From Clostridiales bacterium (GTDB lineage: Bacteria; Bacillota; Clostridia; Christensenellales; UBA1242): 64,000 nt of DNA. Where the stretch lies: contig SVIA01000002.1 in NCBI GenBank assembly GCA_015055535.1, positions 16,314-80,313 on the forward strand, read 5' to 3'. The position numbers were made by a program, and so were the translations under genes. This document shows positions 9,866-19,252 of this stretch, piece after piece (position 1 is the first letter of the stretch; every line of letters begins with the position of its first letter). Below the pieces are notes generated by a model. That model was not told the origin of the DNA. It made no database searches and worked only from the letters and a program-made list of their open reading frames with translations.

Positions 9866-10584
9866 TATTTTTTAAAACCTTTTAAAAGAATAAAAGACAA
9901 AATTATTACAGGTAGAGAAATTACTAATATTATTATAGTTTGAGTTGATAAATTTAAATTTAACAATGTAATAATGTTATTTTTAGAAACATAGTTAGAA
10001 GTTATTTCATTATTTTGAAGTATTGGTGATAAGTTATTTGTAAAGCTAGAGTGAATGTAGCCTGCAATTAATTTATTATTGTTTTCTATTTTACAATAAT
10101 ACCAAACATTACCACTATTTTTATAAATTTCTTCTGCGTAAATTTTTCCATAATATAATACCTTTGTTTGAGGCTCTAATTTTTCTAAAATAAAACTTTC
10201 ATTATTTTGCGCTTCTGAAAATAGATTAGTTGATTTTATTATATCAAAAGTAACATTTAACAAATATGGGTTTTGTATTGTTTCATTAACCAAATTTATT
10301 GCTGATTTTTCGATATAACCAGTTAAATCTAAATATTGTACATAATAAAAATCATTTTCTTCAGCTATAACTTTAACAAAATAACTTTCTTCAAGTAAAA
10401 AATATAAATTAGATGTATCGTTTATTTGTGTTGGAGTTTTTTTTAAATAACAATTATTTACAATTACTTTTCCGTAAATATCATTATTCGTGTAAACAGA
10501 ATCTGTTCCGTTTAATGAAAAAAGTATATAACTACAGCATAAAACATATACAATTATTGTAAGTATTATAAAATTTTTTTTCAT
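9862..10584 (-). CDS. membrane-anchored protein with two SH3b-like domains
   Basis: N-terminal anchor is FIILTIIVYVLCCSYILF. Two modules end in TGYIEKS and AGYIHSSF. The C-terminal TM is IIILVISLPVIILSFILL. AAAGGA SD is present. Confidence 0.55.
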   Translation of the reverse strand: MKKNFIILTIIVYVLCCSYILFSLNGTDSVYTNNDIYGKVIVNNCYLKKTPTQINDTSNLYFLLEESYFVKVIAEENDFYYVQYLDLTGYIEKSAINLVNETIQNPYLLNVTFDIIKSTNLFSEAQNNESFILEKLEPQTKVLYYGKIYAEEIYKNSGNVWYYCKIENNNKLIAGYIHSSFTNNLSPILQNNEITSNYVSKNNIITLLNLNLSTQTIIILVISLPVIILSFILLKGFKKY

Positions 10585-10668
10585 TTTTTATTCCTTTATT
10601 CTTTATCTTAATTATATTTCTTCTTTTATTATTTTATACAAAAAAAGTTTTTTCAAACAGGGTAAGAT

Positions 10669-12096
10669 ATGAATATAATTAATAAAATTAAATTACTTAA
10701 CTTAGAGATTAAAAGGCGTGAAGATAACAATATTTTAAAAAAATATAATACAGGAAAAGTTGTTCATGAAAAACAACTTTTATTTCATAAATCAATTAAA
10801 AAAAATCGTTGGGTTTTTGGTGGTAATCGAACAGGAAAAACTGAATGTGGAGCTGTTGAATGTATATATTTAGCAAGAGGAATTCATCCGTATAAAGAAA
10901 ATAAAAAAGATACTTCTGGTTGGGTTGTAAGCTTATCGACTCAAGTTCAAAGAGATGTTGCTCAAAGTAAAATTTTACATTATTTAAATCCTGATTGGAT
11001 AGAAGATATTGTTATGCTTAGCGGGAGAAAAGATAATTTAAAAAACGGTATTATAGACAAAATTTTAGTTAAAAATGTTTTCGGTGGAATAAGTACAATT
11101 GGTTTTAAAAGTTGTGACCAAGGTAGGGAAAAATTTCAAGGTACAAGCTTAGATTATGTTTGGTTTGATGAAGAACCACCTTATGATATTTATTTAGAAT
11201 GCAAAATGAGAGTTATTGATAAATGCGGAGAAATATTTGGAACAATGACACCACTTAAAGGGTTAACATGGGTATATAATAACATTTATTTAAATGAAAA
11301 TAATGATGATGAAGTTTGGCATATTACTTTAAGTTGGCAAGATAATCCTTTTTTAGATAAAAAAGAAATTGAAAGTTTAACAAAAATAATGAGCAAAGAT
11401 GAACTTGATAGTAGATGTTATGGTAATTTTAGCTTTTCGGGTGGACTTGTTTACTCTAACTTTAAAGAAGAATTTAATGTAATTGAACCATTTAATGTAC
11501 CAAGCGAGTGGTACGATAATATTAGTATTGATCCGGGCTTAAAAAACCCGTTATCGTGTCATTTTTATGCAATAGATTATGATGGAAATATTTATGTAAT
11601 TGCTGAACATTATGAAGCGGATAAAGATATTGAGTATCATGCTGAACATATTTTAAAAATTGCTGATAAATTAAACTGGCCAAGGAATTCTATGGGAAAA
11701 TTAAATGCTTTAATAGATAGTGCTGCTAATCAAAAAACTTTAGCTAGTAGCAAAAGTGTTGTAGATTTATTTTATGATTTTAATATTATCTGTAATGCAA
11801 AAGTTAACAAAGATTTATTTTCTGGCATTCAAAGAGTGAAAAATTTAATTTGTTCAGCTAGTGGAGAAAGAAAACTATTTATTTTTTCTACTTGTGTAAA
11901 TTTAATTAGAGAAATTAAAAGTTATTTTTGGGGAAAAGCAGATGTGCCCATTAAAAAAGATGACCATGCTTTAGACGAATTGAGATATTATGTTATGAAT
12001 AGACCCGAAAATAAAAAACCAATTATAAAAAATCAAATTCAAAAAGATAAAGAAAGATTATTTTTAAAAATTAAAAGAGATAGGTATGGAAGATAA
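10669..12096 (+). CDS. phage terminase large subunit
   Basis: Walker A is FGGNRTGKTECGA and Walker B is LDYVWFDEEP. The C-terminal nuclease-like half includes IDPG.., ..IDSAA.. and KDDHALDELRY. Position and size (475 aa) are typical for TerL. Confidence 0.85.
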   Translation: MNIINKIKLLNLEIKRREDNNILKKYNTGKVVHEKQLLFHKSIKKNRWVFGGNRTGKTECGAVECIYLARGIHPYKENKKDTSGWVVSLSTQVQRDVAQSKILHYLNPDWIEDIVMLSGRKDNLKNGIIDKILVKNVFGGISTIGFKSCDQGREKFQGTSLDYVWFDEEPPYDIYLECKMRVIDKCGEIFGTMTPLKGLTWVYNNIYLNENNDDEVWHITLSWQDNPFLDKKEIESLTKIMSKDELDSRCYGNFSFSGGLVYSNFKEEFNVIEPFNVPSEWYDNISIDPGLKNPLSCHFYAIDYDGNIYVIAEHYEADKDIEYHAEHILKIADKLNWPRNSMGKLNALIDSAANQKTLASSKSVVDLFYDFNIICNAKVNKDLFSGIQRVKNLICSASGERKLFIFSTCVNLIREIKSYFWGKADVPIKKDDHALDELRYYVMNRPENKKPIIKNQIQKDKERLFLKIKRDRYGR

Positions 12097-12382
12097 ACTA
12101 AATTATAATGAAAAAATTAATAAAGCATTAATAAAAAGAGCTTTGGGTTATTCTAGCAAAGAAGTAATAGAAGAATTTACACAATCTGATGGTGATTTAA
12201 TTTTGACCAAAAAAAAAGTTACTAAAAAAAATATTCCACCAGATATGTCGGCTGTTAAAATATTACTTTCATTTTATTCTAATAACGATTTAGATTTTTC
12301 TAATATGACTGATGAAGAGCTAATATTAGAGAGAGACAAACTACTTAACTTATTAAAGGATGATGAAAATGATAGAAATTAA
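12086..12382 (+). CDS. small-terminase-like fragment (tentative), otherwise hypothetical
   Basis: ALIKRALGYSSKEVIEEF...KKKVTKKNIPPDMSAVKILL resembles the GY..E....K..PPD..A..fwL segment of one TerS family. The protein lacks an N-terminal HTH half. The ORF overlaps the terL stop by 11 nt. Confidence 0.3.
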   Translation: MEDKLNYNEKINKALIKRALGYSSKEVIEEFTQSDGDLILTKKKVTKKNIPPDMSAVKILLSFYSNNDLDFSNMTDEELILERDKLLNLLKDDENDRN

Positions 12383-12575
12383 TGAAAAGATAACTATTTG
12401 TGATAAATGTAAACAAAAGAATAAAAATTATCAAATAATTTTAAATAAAAAGAAAATTTTTTTATGTAATGATTGTTTGAATTTGTTATATAAAAGTATT
12501 GGCAAATTTGTTGTGCCAAAAAGTCCTCAAAGTATTTTAAAAAAAGACAATAAAATTAAATATGAACGATTTTAA
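12369..12575 (+). CDS. small zinc-ribbon protein
   Basis: CDKC...CNDC four-Cys arrangement. The ATG at 12369 is best spaced from the AAAGGA SD; 12360 and 12363 are alternatives. Confidence 0.5.
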   Translation: MIEINEKITICDKCKQKNKNYQIILNKKKIFLCNDCLNLLYKSIGKFVVPKSPQSILKKDNKIKYERF

Positions 12576-12589
12576 ATTAGGAGAACAAA

Positions 12590-14479
12590 ATGAAAACAAA
12601 TAATAAACTTATTAAACAAGCAAAAGATAAATATAGAGAAAATTTAGTTAGGGAAACTATTGAAGATTTTAAACAAAGACAATTAGAAAGAAAGCCTATT
12701 GAAGCGGGTTGGATTTTAAATATGAACTTTTTATATGGAAATCAGTATTGTAATATATCTTCAATGGGTGATGTTGAAGATTATTCTAAACAATATTTTT
12801 GGCAAGAAAGAGAAGTGTATAACCATATTTCTCCAATAATAGAAACAAGAATTTCAAGGCTTAGTCAAATAAGACCTAAAATGAGTGTTGTTCCTAGCAC
12901 TAATAGTGAACAAGATATGAGTACAGCAAAGGTATCTAAAAATTTAATTAATGCAATATATCATAAATTAAATATAAGTGATAAAATTGTTAACTGTACT
13001 CATTTTAGTGAGGTTTGTGGAACTGGTTTTTATAAAGTTTATTGGGATAATAAAAAAGGCAAAAAATTAGCAAGTATTAATAATGATGAATATATTTATG
13101 AAGGTGATATTGCGGTAGATGTAGTATCACCTTTTGAAATATTTCCAGATAGTAATACACATGAAGATGTTGATGATTGTATGAGTATTATTCATGCAAA
13201 AAGTATGCATAAAGATGTTGTTAAACAAATTTGGGGAATAGAAGAACTTGGTGAAGATATTGATGTTTACAGCTTAGATAACATTTCAAATGCTGGTGGA
13301 CTTGGTTATAGTGCTACAACTAACAAAGTTATTTCTAGTGTTAAACATGACCAAGTTTTAGTAATTGAAAAATATGTAGCTCCAACGGTAGATTATCCTG
13401 ATGGACGACTTATTATTGTTGCTGGTAAAACTTTGGTTTATGATGGAAAACTTCCGTATGTAAATAGAGAAGATGGAAAAAGAGGTTTCCCTTTTATTAA
13501 ACAAGTTTCTTTAAAAACTCCAAATTCATTTTTTGGTAGTAGTATTATAGAAAGAATTATACCTGTTCAAAGAAGTTATAATGCGGTTAAAAATCGTAAG
13601 CACGAATATTTAAACCGTCTTTCAATGGGTATTTTAACTGTTGAGGATGGTTCTGTTGATTATGAAAATTTGGAAGAAGAAGGACTTTGCCCTGGTAAAG
13701 TTTTGGTATATAGACAAGGTAGTAATGCGCCAAAGATTATGGACAATGGAAGTATTCCTACAGAATTTAAAGAGGAAGAAGAAAAACTATTAAGTGAATT
13801 TAGTCAAATTAGTGGTATTAGCGATTTTATGTCTAATAATCAGATATCTATTAGCAATGCTTCTGGTGTAGCATTAGAGTTATTAATGGAGCAAGATACT
13901 AACAGATTAAACATTACAGCAGAGCAAATTAAATTTGCAATTAAAAGTATGGCCGCAAGTATTTTAAAACTTTATAAACAATTTACTACTTCTTCTAGAA
14001 TTGCTAAAGTTATTGGGAAAGATGGAAGTATTGAAATGTTTTATTTTCAAAAAAGTGATATTTCTAGTGATGATATTATTTTTGAAACAGAAAGTGAAAT
14101 TGGTGAAACAAAAGCGCAAAAACGAAGCTTGATTTTTGAACTTTTAAATGCAGGGCTTTTATATAATGAAGATGGTAAAATGTCTACTAGAATTAAAGCA
14201 AAAACTTTAGAAATGCTTGGTTTTGGAATGTGGGATACTCAGTATGATTTAGAAGAATTACACATGAAAAAAGCAGGAAAGGAACATTTGTCTTTAATAA
14301 ACACAAATAATATAGATAATGCTTTAGAAATTGATAATCATAATCTTCACATAGACGAACACGTTGCTTTTATGTTAAGTGAAGAATATAGTAAAGCTGT
14401 TAAATTGAATCCTGAAATTCAAGATAAAATTTTAAAACACATTAAAGAGCATAAAAATTTTTTAAAAAGTGAGGAATAA
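12590..14479 (+). CDS. phage portal protein
   Basis: A 629-aa ORF lies between the terminase and scaffold/capsid genes. AGGAG SD is present. The sequence has the general character of portal proteins (NMNFLYGNQY.. and an acidic C-terminus). Confidence 0.75.
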   Translation: MKTNNKLIKQAKDKYRENLVRETIEDFKQRQLERKPIEAGWILNMNFLYGNQYCNISSMGDVEDYSKQYFWQEREVYNHISPIIETRISRLSQIRPKMSVVPSTNSEQDMSTAKVSKNLINAIYHKLNISDKIVNCTHFSEVCGTGFYKVYWDNKKGKKLASINNDEYIYEGDIAVDVVSPFEIFPDSNTHEDVDDCMSIIHAKSMHKDVVKQIWGIEELGEDIDVYSLDNISNAGGLGYSATTNKVISSVKHDQVLVIEKYVAPTVDYPDGRLIIVAGKTLVYDGKLPYVNREDGKRGFPFIKQVSLKTPNSFFGSSIIERIIPVQRSYNAVKNRKHEYLNRLSMGILTVEDGSVDYENLEEEGLCPGKVLVYRQGSNAPKIMDNGSIPTEFKEEEEKLLSEFSQISGISDFMSNNQISISNASGVALELLMEQDTNRLNITAEQIKFAIKSMAASILKLYKQFTTSSRIAKVIGKDGSIEMFYFQKSDISSDDIIFETESEIGETKAQKRSLIFELLNAGLLYNEDGKMSTRIKAKTLEMLGFGMWDTQYDLEELHMKKAGKEHLSLINTNNIDNALEIDNHNLHIDEHVAFMLSEEYSKAVKLNPEIQDKILKHIKEHKNFLKSEE

Positions 14480-14482
14480 TTT

Positions 14483-15130
14483 ATGGAAAAAAATGAAGAA
14501 CAACTATTAGAAAACCAAAACGCTAACCTAAATGCAGTTGAGCATAGTGAAACAATAAATGTTGAAAATATTGAACCGAGCAAAAATGAGTTTTCTGGCT
14601 CTTCAACTAAAAAATTTAAAAGCGTAGAGGCATTAAGTAAAGCTTACGAAAATTTAGAAAGAGAATTTACAAAAAAATGCCAAAAGCTAAATGAACTTAT
14701 GAGCGAAAATAATACGGAAGTGTTACCGCAATATAAGAAAGAAGATTGGCTTGTTAAAGTTAGCAATTTTATTGCTGAAAATAAATTTGCCAAAGATTAT
14801 ACTAAACAAATTGCAGATGTTTTATTAGAAGATGAGGCCCTTGCTAAAAAAGAAGATGCATTATCTTTGGCTTACTCTAAGGTTTTAAACGATAATTTTA
14901 AAACTAAAGAAGAATTAGCTGAAGATGAAGATTTTTTAAATCAGTTTGTTTATAAAAATGAAAAAATTAAAACTAAAATTATTGAAGATTATTTATTAGA
15001 AATTAATAATAATCAAACTGTTCCGTTATTATCTAAAGTTAAAGGGACAAGCAGTGTATCTAGCCCGAAATTTATACCCAAAAGTTTAAAAGAGGCTAGT
15101 AGATACGCTGAGCAAATTTTAAAAAAATAA
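14483..15130 (+). CDS. phage capsid scaffolding protein
   Basis: The protein is 215 aa, acidic and helical. The motif FKSVEALSKAYENLEREFTKKCQKLNEL is typical of scaffold proteins. It lies immediately upstream of the major capsid gene. Confidence 0.65.
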   Translation: MEKNEEQLLENQNANLNAVEHSETINVENIEPSKNEFSGSSTKKFKSVEALSKAYENLEREFTKKCQKLNELMSENNTEVLPQYKKEDWLVKVSNFIAENKFAKDYTKQIADVLLEDEALAKKEDALSLAYSKVLNDNFKTKEELAEDEDFLNQFVYKNEKIKTKIIEDYLLEINNNQTVPLLSKVKGTSSVSSPKFIPKSLKEASRYAEQILKK

Positions 15131-15139
15131 GGAGATATT

Positions 15140-16321
15140 ATGGTTACAATTAACAGTGCACAAGATGCATTAAAAAGTGCATATTTAAGCGTGGTTAGTG
15201 AAGCATTAAATGTTAATGCTAATCCACTACTTGCTAAAATAAATCAAACTACTAATGATGTTTGGGGAAAAGAAATTATTAAACTTACAAGCTATGGTGT
15301 AAACGGCGGTATTGGTGCTGGTAGCGAAACAGGAGATCTTCCTAGTAGTGCTGGTAACAATTATGTTAAATTTGTATCTAGCTTAAAAAACTTATATGGT
15401 ACTATTGAAATAAGTGATAAAGCAATTAGAGCTAGCGAAACAAATGCTGGTGCTTTTGTTAACTTATTAAATGCTGAAATGGAAGGATTAATTAAAGCTT
15501 CTAATTACAACTTCGGAAGAATGTTGTTTGGTGATGGCTCAGGAAAACTTGCTAATGTTGTAGGTGCGGGTTCAAATTATTTTACTGTTGATAGTATTAA
15601 ATTTTTAATTGAAGGATTAAAAGTAGATTATTATAAAGTAGGTACTGTTACAGATGTTAAACAAAATACTAATAGCATGAGAATTGTTAGCATTGATAGA
15701 GCCAATAAAAGAGTTTATTTCGATTGTGATTTAATTCTTCCTGATGGTGAAGAATATAACTATTATTTAACTGTTCAAAATAGTAAAGATTTAGAATTAA
15801 CTGGTCTTGGTGCTATATTTAAAACTACTGGCTCTTTATATGGGGTTGATAGAACTCAACATAATTGGATGATGCCAGTTATTAAAGAGGCTAGCGAAAA
15901 TAAATTAACTGAAGATTTAATGCAATCTTGTATAGATGAATTAGAAGAAGTTGCAGGCTCAAATGTTGATTACATTACTTGCAGTAGTGACGTTAAAAGA
16001 TTATATCAAAAATTACTTACTGAAGGTAGAAAAAATATTGATATTATGGATTTACAAGGTGGTTATAAAGCTATTTCTTATAATGGTATTCCTGTTGTTT
16101 CTGATAGATTTGTTGAAGATGGAACTATGTATTTATTAAATACTAAAGACTTCGAACTTCATCAACTTTGCGATTGGAGATGGTTAGAAGATGAAAGCGG
16201 TAGAATTATTCGTCAAAAAGCTGGTTTCCCTTCATATACTGCTACTCTAGTTAAATATGCAGATTTAATTTGTTCTAGACCAAATGGTCAAGCAAAAATA
16301 ACTGGTATAACCACTATTTAA
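15140..16321 (+). CDS. phage major capsid protein (HK97-fold type, inferred)
   Basis: A 393-aa ORF follows the scaffold gene. AAGGAG SD is present. The sequence is Gly/Ala-rich compared with its neighbours, and position and size are typical. Confidence 0.75.
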   Translation: MVTINSAQDALKSAYLSVVSEALNVNANPLLAKINQTTNDVWGKEIIKLTSYGVNGGIGAGSETGDLPSSAGNNYVKFVSSLKNLYGTIEISDKAIRASETNAGAFVNLLNAEMEGLIKASNYNFGRMLFGDGSGKLANVVGAGSNYFTVDSIKFLIEGLKVDYYKVGTVTDVKQNTNSMRIVSIDRANKRVYFDCDLILPDGEEYNYYLTVQNSKDLELTGLGAIFKTTGSLYGVDRTQHNWMMPVIKEASENKLTEDLMQSCIDELEEVAGSNVDYITCSSDVKRLYQKLLTEGRKNIDIMDLQGGYKAISYNGIPVVSDRFVEDGTMYLLNTKDFELHQLCDWRWLEDESGRIIRQKAGFPSYTATLVKYADLICSRPNGQAKITGITTI

Positions 16322-16338
16322 TTATTTTTTGGAGAGTT

Positions 16339-16605
16339 ATGATTGAGATTTTTACTGATTTATTTGATATCGTTAAAAAAATAAAATATATTGATAATAA
16401 TTATCGTGTTTTTAGAAATATTACAAAACATAGATTTGAAATTTATTATCAAAATGGATTAAATCTTAATTTAGAATTAATATTGCCCTATAATAACCTA
16501 GATTATAGGGCTATTAATTTAATTAATAAAAGTCGAGTAGAAAATGCTGATGAGTTGTTTGATTACGTAGATAATTTTAACGACAAACTAGGATTGAAGG
16601 AGTAA
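16339..16605 (+). CDS. hypothetical phage protein
   Basis: GGAGAG SD. It is packed between the capsid gene and the next ORF. No motif was recognised. Confidence 0.5.
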   Translation: MIEIFTDLFDIVKKIKYIDNNYRVFRNITKHRFEIYYQNGLNLNLELILPYNNLDYRAINLINKSRVENADELFDYVDNFNDKLGLKE

Positions 16606-16606
16606 T

Positions 16607-17203
16607 ATGAAATTAAGAGAAGTTATAAAATTATCTAGTATTATGCTTAATATTGATGAAGTTCTAAATGGTGATAAAATTTATGATGAAAGCTACGATT
16701 TAATTGATGAAAAAAGTATTAATACTAGTAATAGTGTAGAAGAAAGAAATTTAAATTTGCTTGTTAAATGTTTTAATCTTGTTTATACCGAACTTGCAAC
16801 TGATTATTTTCCACTAATTACTATGGAAACTATAAAAATCGAAAATGGAAGTTTTAACTTAAATAATTTAAGTAATATTTTTTATAAAATTGTTAAAATT
16901 GAATGTAACGATAATTTAGTGGATAAGTTTGATATTTATGATAATATTTTATATTTAAAAAATGGAGAGTATAAAATTGTTTATGCGTATACGCCAGTTA
17001 AAGTGTCTTTAAATAGTGAACTTAATACTTTTAACGGTAAAATTTCTGATAGAGTTTTTGCTTATGGTTTAAACAAAGAATATTGTTTTATTTCTGGTTT
17101 ATATAGTGAAGCAGAAAGTTATAGAACTAAATTTGAAGAATGCTTAAAATCGGCAAGCGTTTTAAAACATAGTATTAAACTTCCTAAAAGAAGGTGGAAT
17201 TAA
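16607..17203 (+). CDS. hypothetical phage protein (head-tail adaptor/connector candidate by position)
   Basis: AAGGAG SD and a 1-nt gap to the previous stop. The role is suggested by position only. Confidence 0.45.
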   Translation: MKLREVIKLSSIMLNIDEVLNGDKIYDESYDLIDEKSINTSNSVEERNLNLLVKCFNLVYTELATDYFPLITMETIKIENGSFNLNNLSNIFYKIVKIECNDNLVDKFDIYDNILYLKNGEYKIVYAYTPVKVSLNSELNTFNGKISDRVFAYGLNKEYCFISGLYSEAESYRTKFEECLKSASVLKHSIKLPKRRWN

Positions 17204-18738
17204 TGTTTTATTCAAAAAAAAGCAAATATCCAGAACTTAAAAATATTGTTGTAGATATAACCGATTTTTCTAAAGGGCTAAATTTTAATGTTGAAGAAAA
17301 TATTTTGGATCCGAACTATTGTGTTAATGCTTATAACTTTGCATATAAAAAAGGAGTTTTAACAGAAGGTTATGGCTTTGAAACTTTAACATGTCCTAAT
17401 TATGAAGACGAAGTAATTACTGAAGTTTATTTAAATCCGGATCATCCTGTGCCAGAACTAGCAAACGTTTGGTTTTATAAAATGTACGATGATGAACAAG
17501 GTGGTAGAATTGACAAACTTATGTATTATGCAGAAAATAATACAAGGTTATATTTTAATAGAGCTATGACAATAGCTCCAATGATTAATAAATTTACTGA
17601 AATTATGTTTCCTGAAAAACCTTGTTTTACTTATAATTATAAATTTGAAGGTTATGATTATAATTTAATTGGAAGTGAACAATTGGGCGTTGTTATGTTT
17701 GATGGTTATATTGAACCTGTTAAAATAAGTACTTGTCCAAACATGAGCAGTTTATGTTTGGATAAAGGAAAAATGTTTTGCACTAGTTATGGTGATAGAA
17801 ATTGTATTTATTATCATGTTGGAGATAATATATTAGAATGGACAACTGAAAGTGATGATTATAATGGAAAAATCGAAATGAATGACAATAGAGGAAAAAT
17901 AAACAAAGTCTTTTCATTTTTGGGTTATGTTTATGCAATTCGAGATTATGGCATTAGTAAAATTACAAATTATGAAGGAAAACTTAAATTTGATATTTCA
18001 CATTTAAGTTTGTATGGTAATAAAATTTATGAAAATACAACAAATATTTGTGGTGATAAAATGTTTATGCTTACTAAAGATGGAATTGCTAGTTTTAATG
18101 GGGTTACAAGTAAAATTTTAAATTTAGGAGTTAATGATTTTTTAAAAGGCGTTAATAATGATAATGCGATTGCCGTATTTCATGCTGGCAAATATTATTT
18201 GGCTTGTAAATTAAACTTTAACGATAATACTTTAGTGGGTTGCGAAAGTTTAGAAAGTGGTTATAAAAACAATGCTTTAATTATTTTAGATGTTCAAACT
18301 TTAGATTATGATATTGTTAGAGGAATAGATGTCGCTGATATGGAAAGCATACAGATTAATAAAATGGATAAAGTGGCATTAGTTTTAAATAGTATTAAAA
18401 GAGATTTGCCATTACAATTAACTGATAATGGTTGTTTTTATCAAACACCTTTAAAAAAAGAATGGAATTCACCACTAACTGATTTGGGATATTCAAATAA
18501 AATAAAATTAATTAAAGATGTTAGTTTATTAAGCTTATATGATATAACTTTAACTATTTATACTGAAAAAGAAAGTAAAACATTTATAATACCAGGGAAT
18601 AACACTCTTAGTAAAATTAAAGTTAATTTAAAAGGTAAACAAATAGGTGTTAAAATAGAAAGTGAAACTGAAAAAGCTTATGTTAGCAATTTAAAATTTA
18701 ATATAGATTTATTAGATTATGAATTTACAAGATTTTAA
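17203..18738 (+). CDS. hypothetical phage structural protein (tail/nozzle/fibre candidate)
   Basis: The ATG at 17203 follows an AAGGTGG SD and overlaps the previous stop. It is the largest unassigned ORF in the cluster (511 aa). No motif was recognised. Confidence 0.5.
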   Translation: MFYSKKSKYPELKNIVVDITDFSKGLNFNVEENILDPNYCVNAYNFAYKKGVLTEGYGFETLTCPNYEDEVITEVYLNPDHPVPELANVWFYKMYDDEQGGRIDKLMYYAENNTRLYFNRAMTIAPMINKFTEIMFPEKPCFTYNYKFEGYDYNLIGSEQLGVVMFDGYIEPVKISTCPNMSSLCLDKGKMFCTSYGDRNCIYYHVGDNILEWTTESDDYNGKIEMNDNRGKINKVFSFLGYVYAIRDYGISKITNYEGKLKFDISHLSLYGNKIYENTTNICGDKMFMLTKDGIASFNGVTSKILNLGVNDFLKGVNNDNAIAVFHAGKYYLACKLNFNDNTLVGCESLESGYKNNALIILDVQTLDYDIVRGIDVADMESIQINKMDKVALVLNSIKRDLPLQLTDNGCFYQTPLKKEWNSPLTDLGYSNKIKLIKDVSLLSLYDITLTIYTEKESKTFIIPGNNTLSKIKVNLKGKQIGVKIESETEKAYVSNLKFNIDLLDYEFTRF

Positions 18739-18793
18739 AACATTAAAAAATAGTTTTAACCATTTGTTTTTTGTAAATAATGTGGAGGAAATT

Positions 18794-18979
18794 ATGAGTT
18801 ACAAAGAAGATTTAAATAAAATTTTGAATGCATTCAATTTTGCAAAAACACAAGAAATTAGTGCATTAAGTAAAGATGAATTATTAAAACTAAAAAATGA
18901 AGCACAATTAAATTTAGATATAGAAAAATTAAAACAAATTAATAAAGAATTAGATAGAAAAAGTTTTGACGAAGAATAA
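18794..18979 (+). CDS. small coiled-coil protein, hypothetical
   Basis: The ATG at 18794 follows a GGAGG SD. The upstream ATG at 18719 lacks one. Confidence 0.45.
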   Translation: MSYKEDLNKILNAFNFAKTQEISALSKDELLKLKNEAQLNLDIEKLKQINKELDRKSFDEE

Positions 18980-19007
18980 ATTTTTAAAAGTTTCAATAAT
19001 TAAAGAT

Positions 19008-19247
19008 ATGTGGGAAAAGATAGTTAATTTGGCTATTCAAAATGGACTATTTGCAGTTTTGTTTTTAGGACTTTTAGTATATATTTTAAAAGATAGTTCT
19101 AAAAGAGAAAAAAAATATCAACAAACTATTGAAAGTTTAAATCGAAGTTTAAACATTGTTGAAAATATTGAAGAAGATGTAAAAGAAATAAAACAAAATG
19201 TTAATAGTAAAATAACTAGAACAAAAAAGCAAATTAAACAAGGATAA
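19008..19247 (+). CDS. BhlA/UviB-family holin-like protein
   Basis: IQNGLFAVLFLGLLVYILKDSSKREKKYQQTIESLN closely parallels the BhlA core as I recall it (..QGPFAVLFCWLLFYVMKTSKERESKLYNQIDS..). It has a single TM followed by a coiled tail. Confidence 0.65.
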   Translation: MWEKIVNLAIQNGLFAVLFLGLLVYILKDSSKREKKYQQTIESLNRSLNIVENIEEDVKEIKQNVNSKITRTKKQIKQG

Positions 19248-19252
19248 AAATT

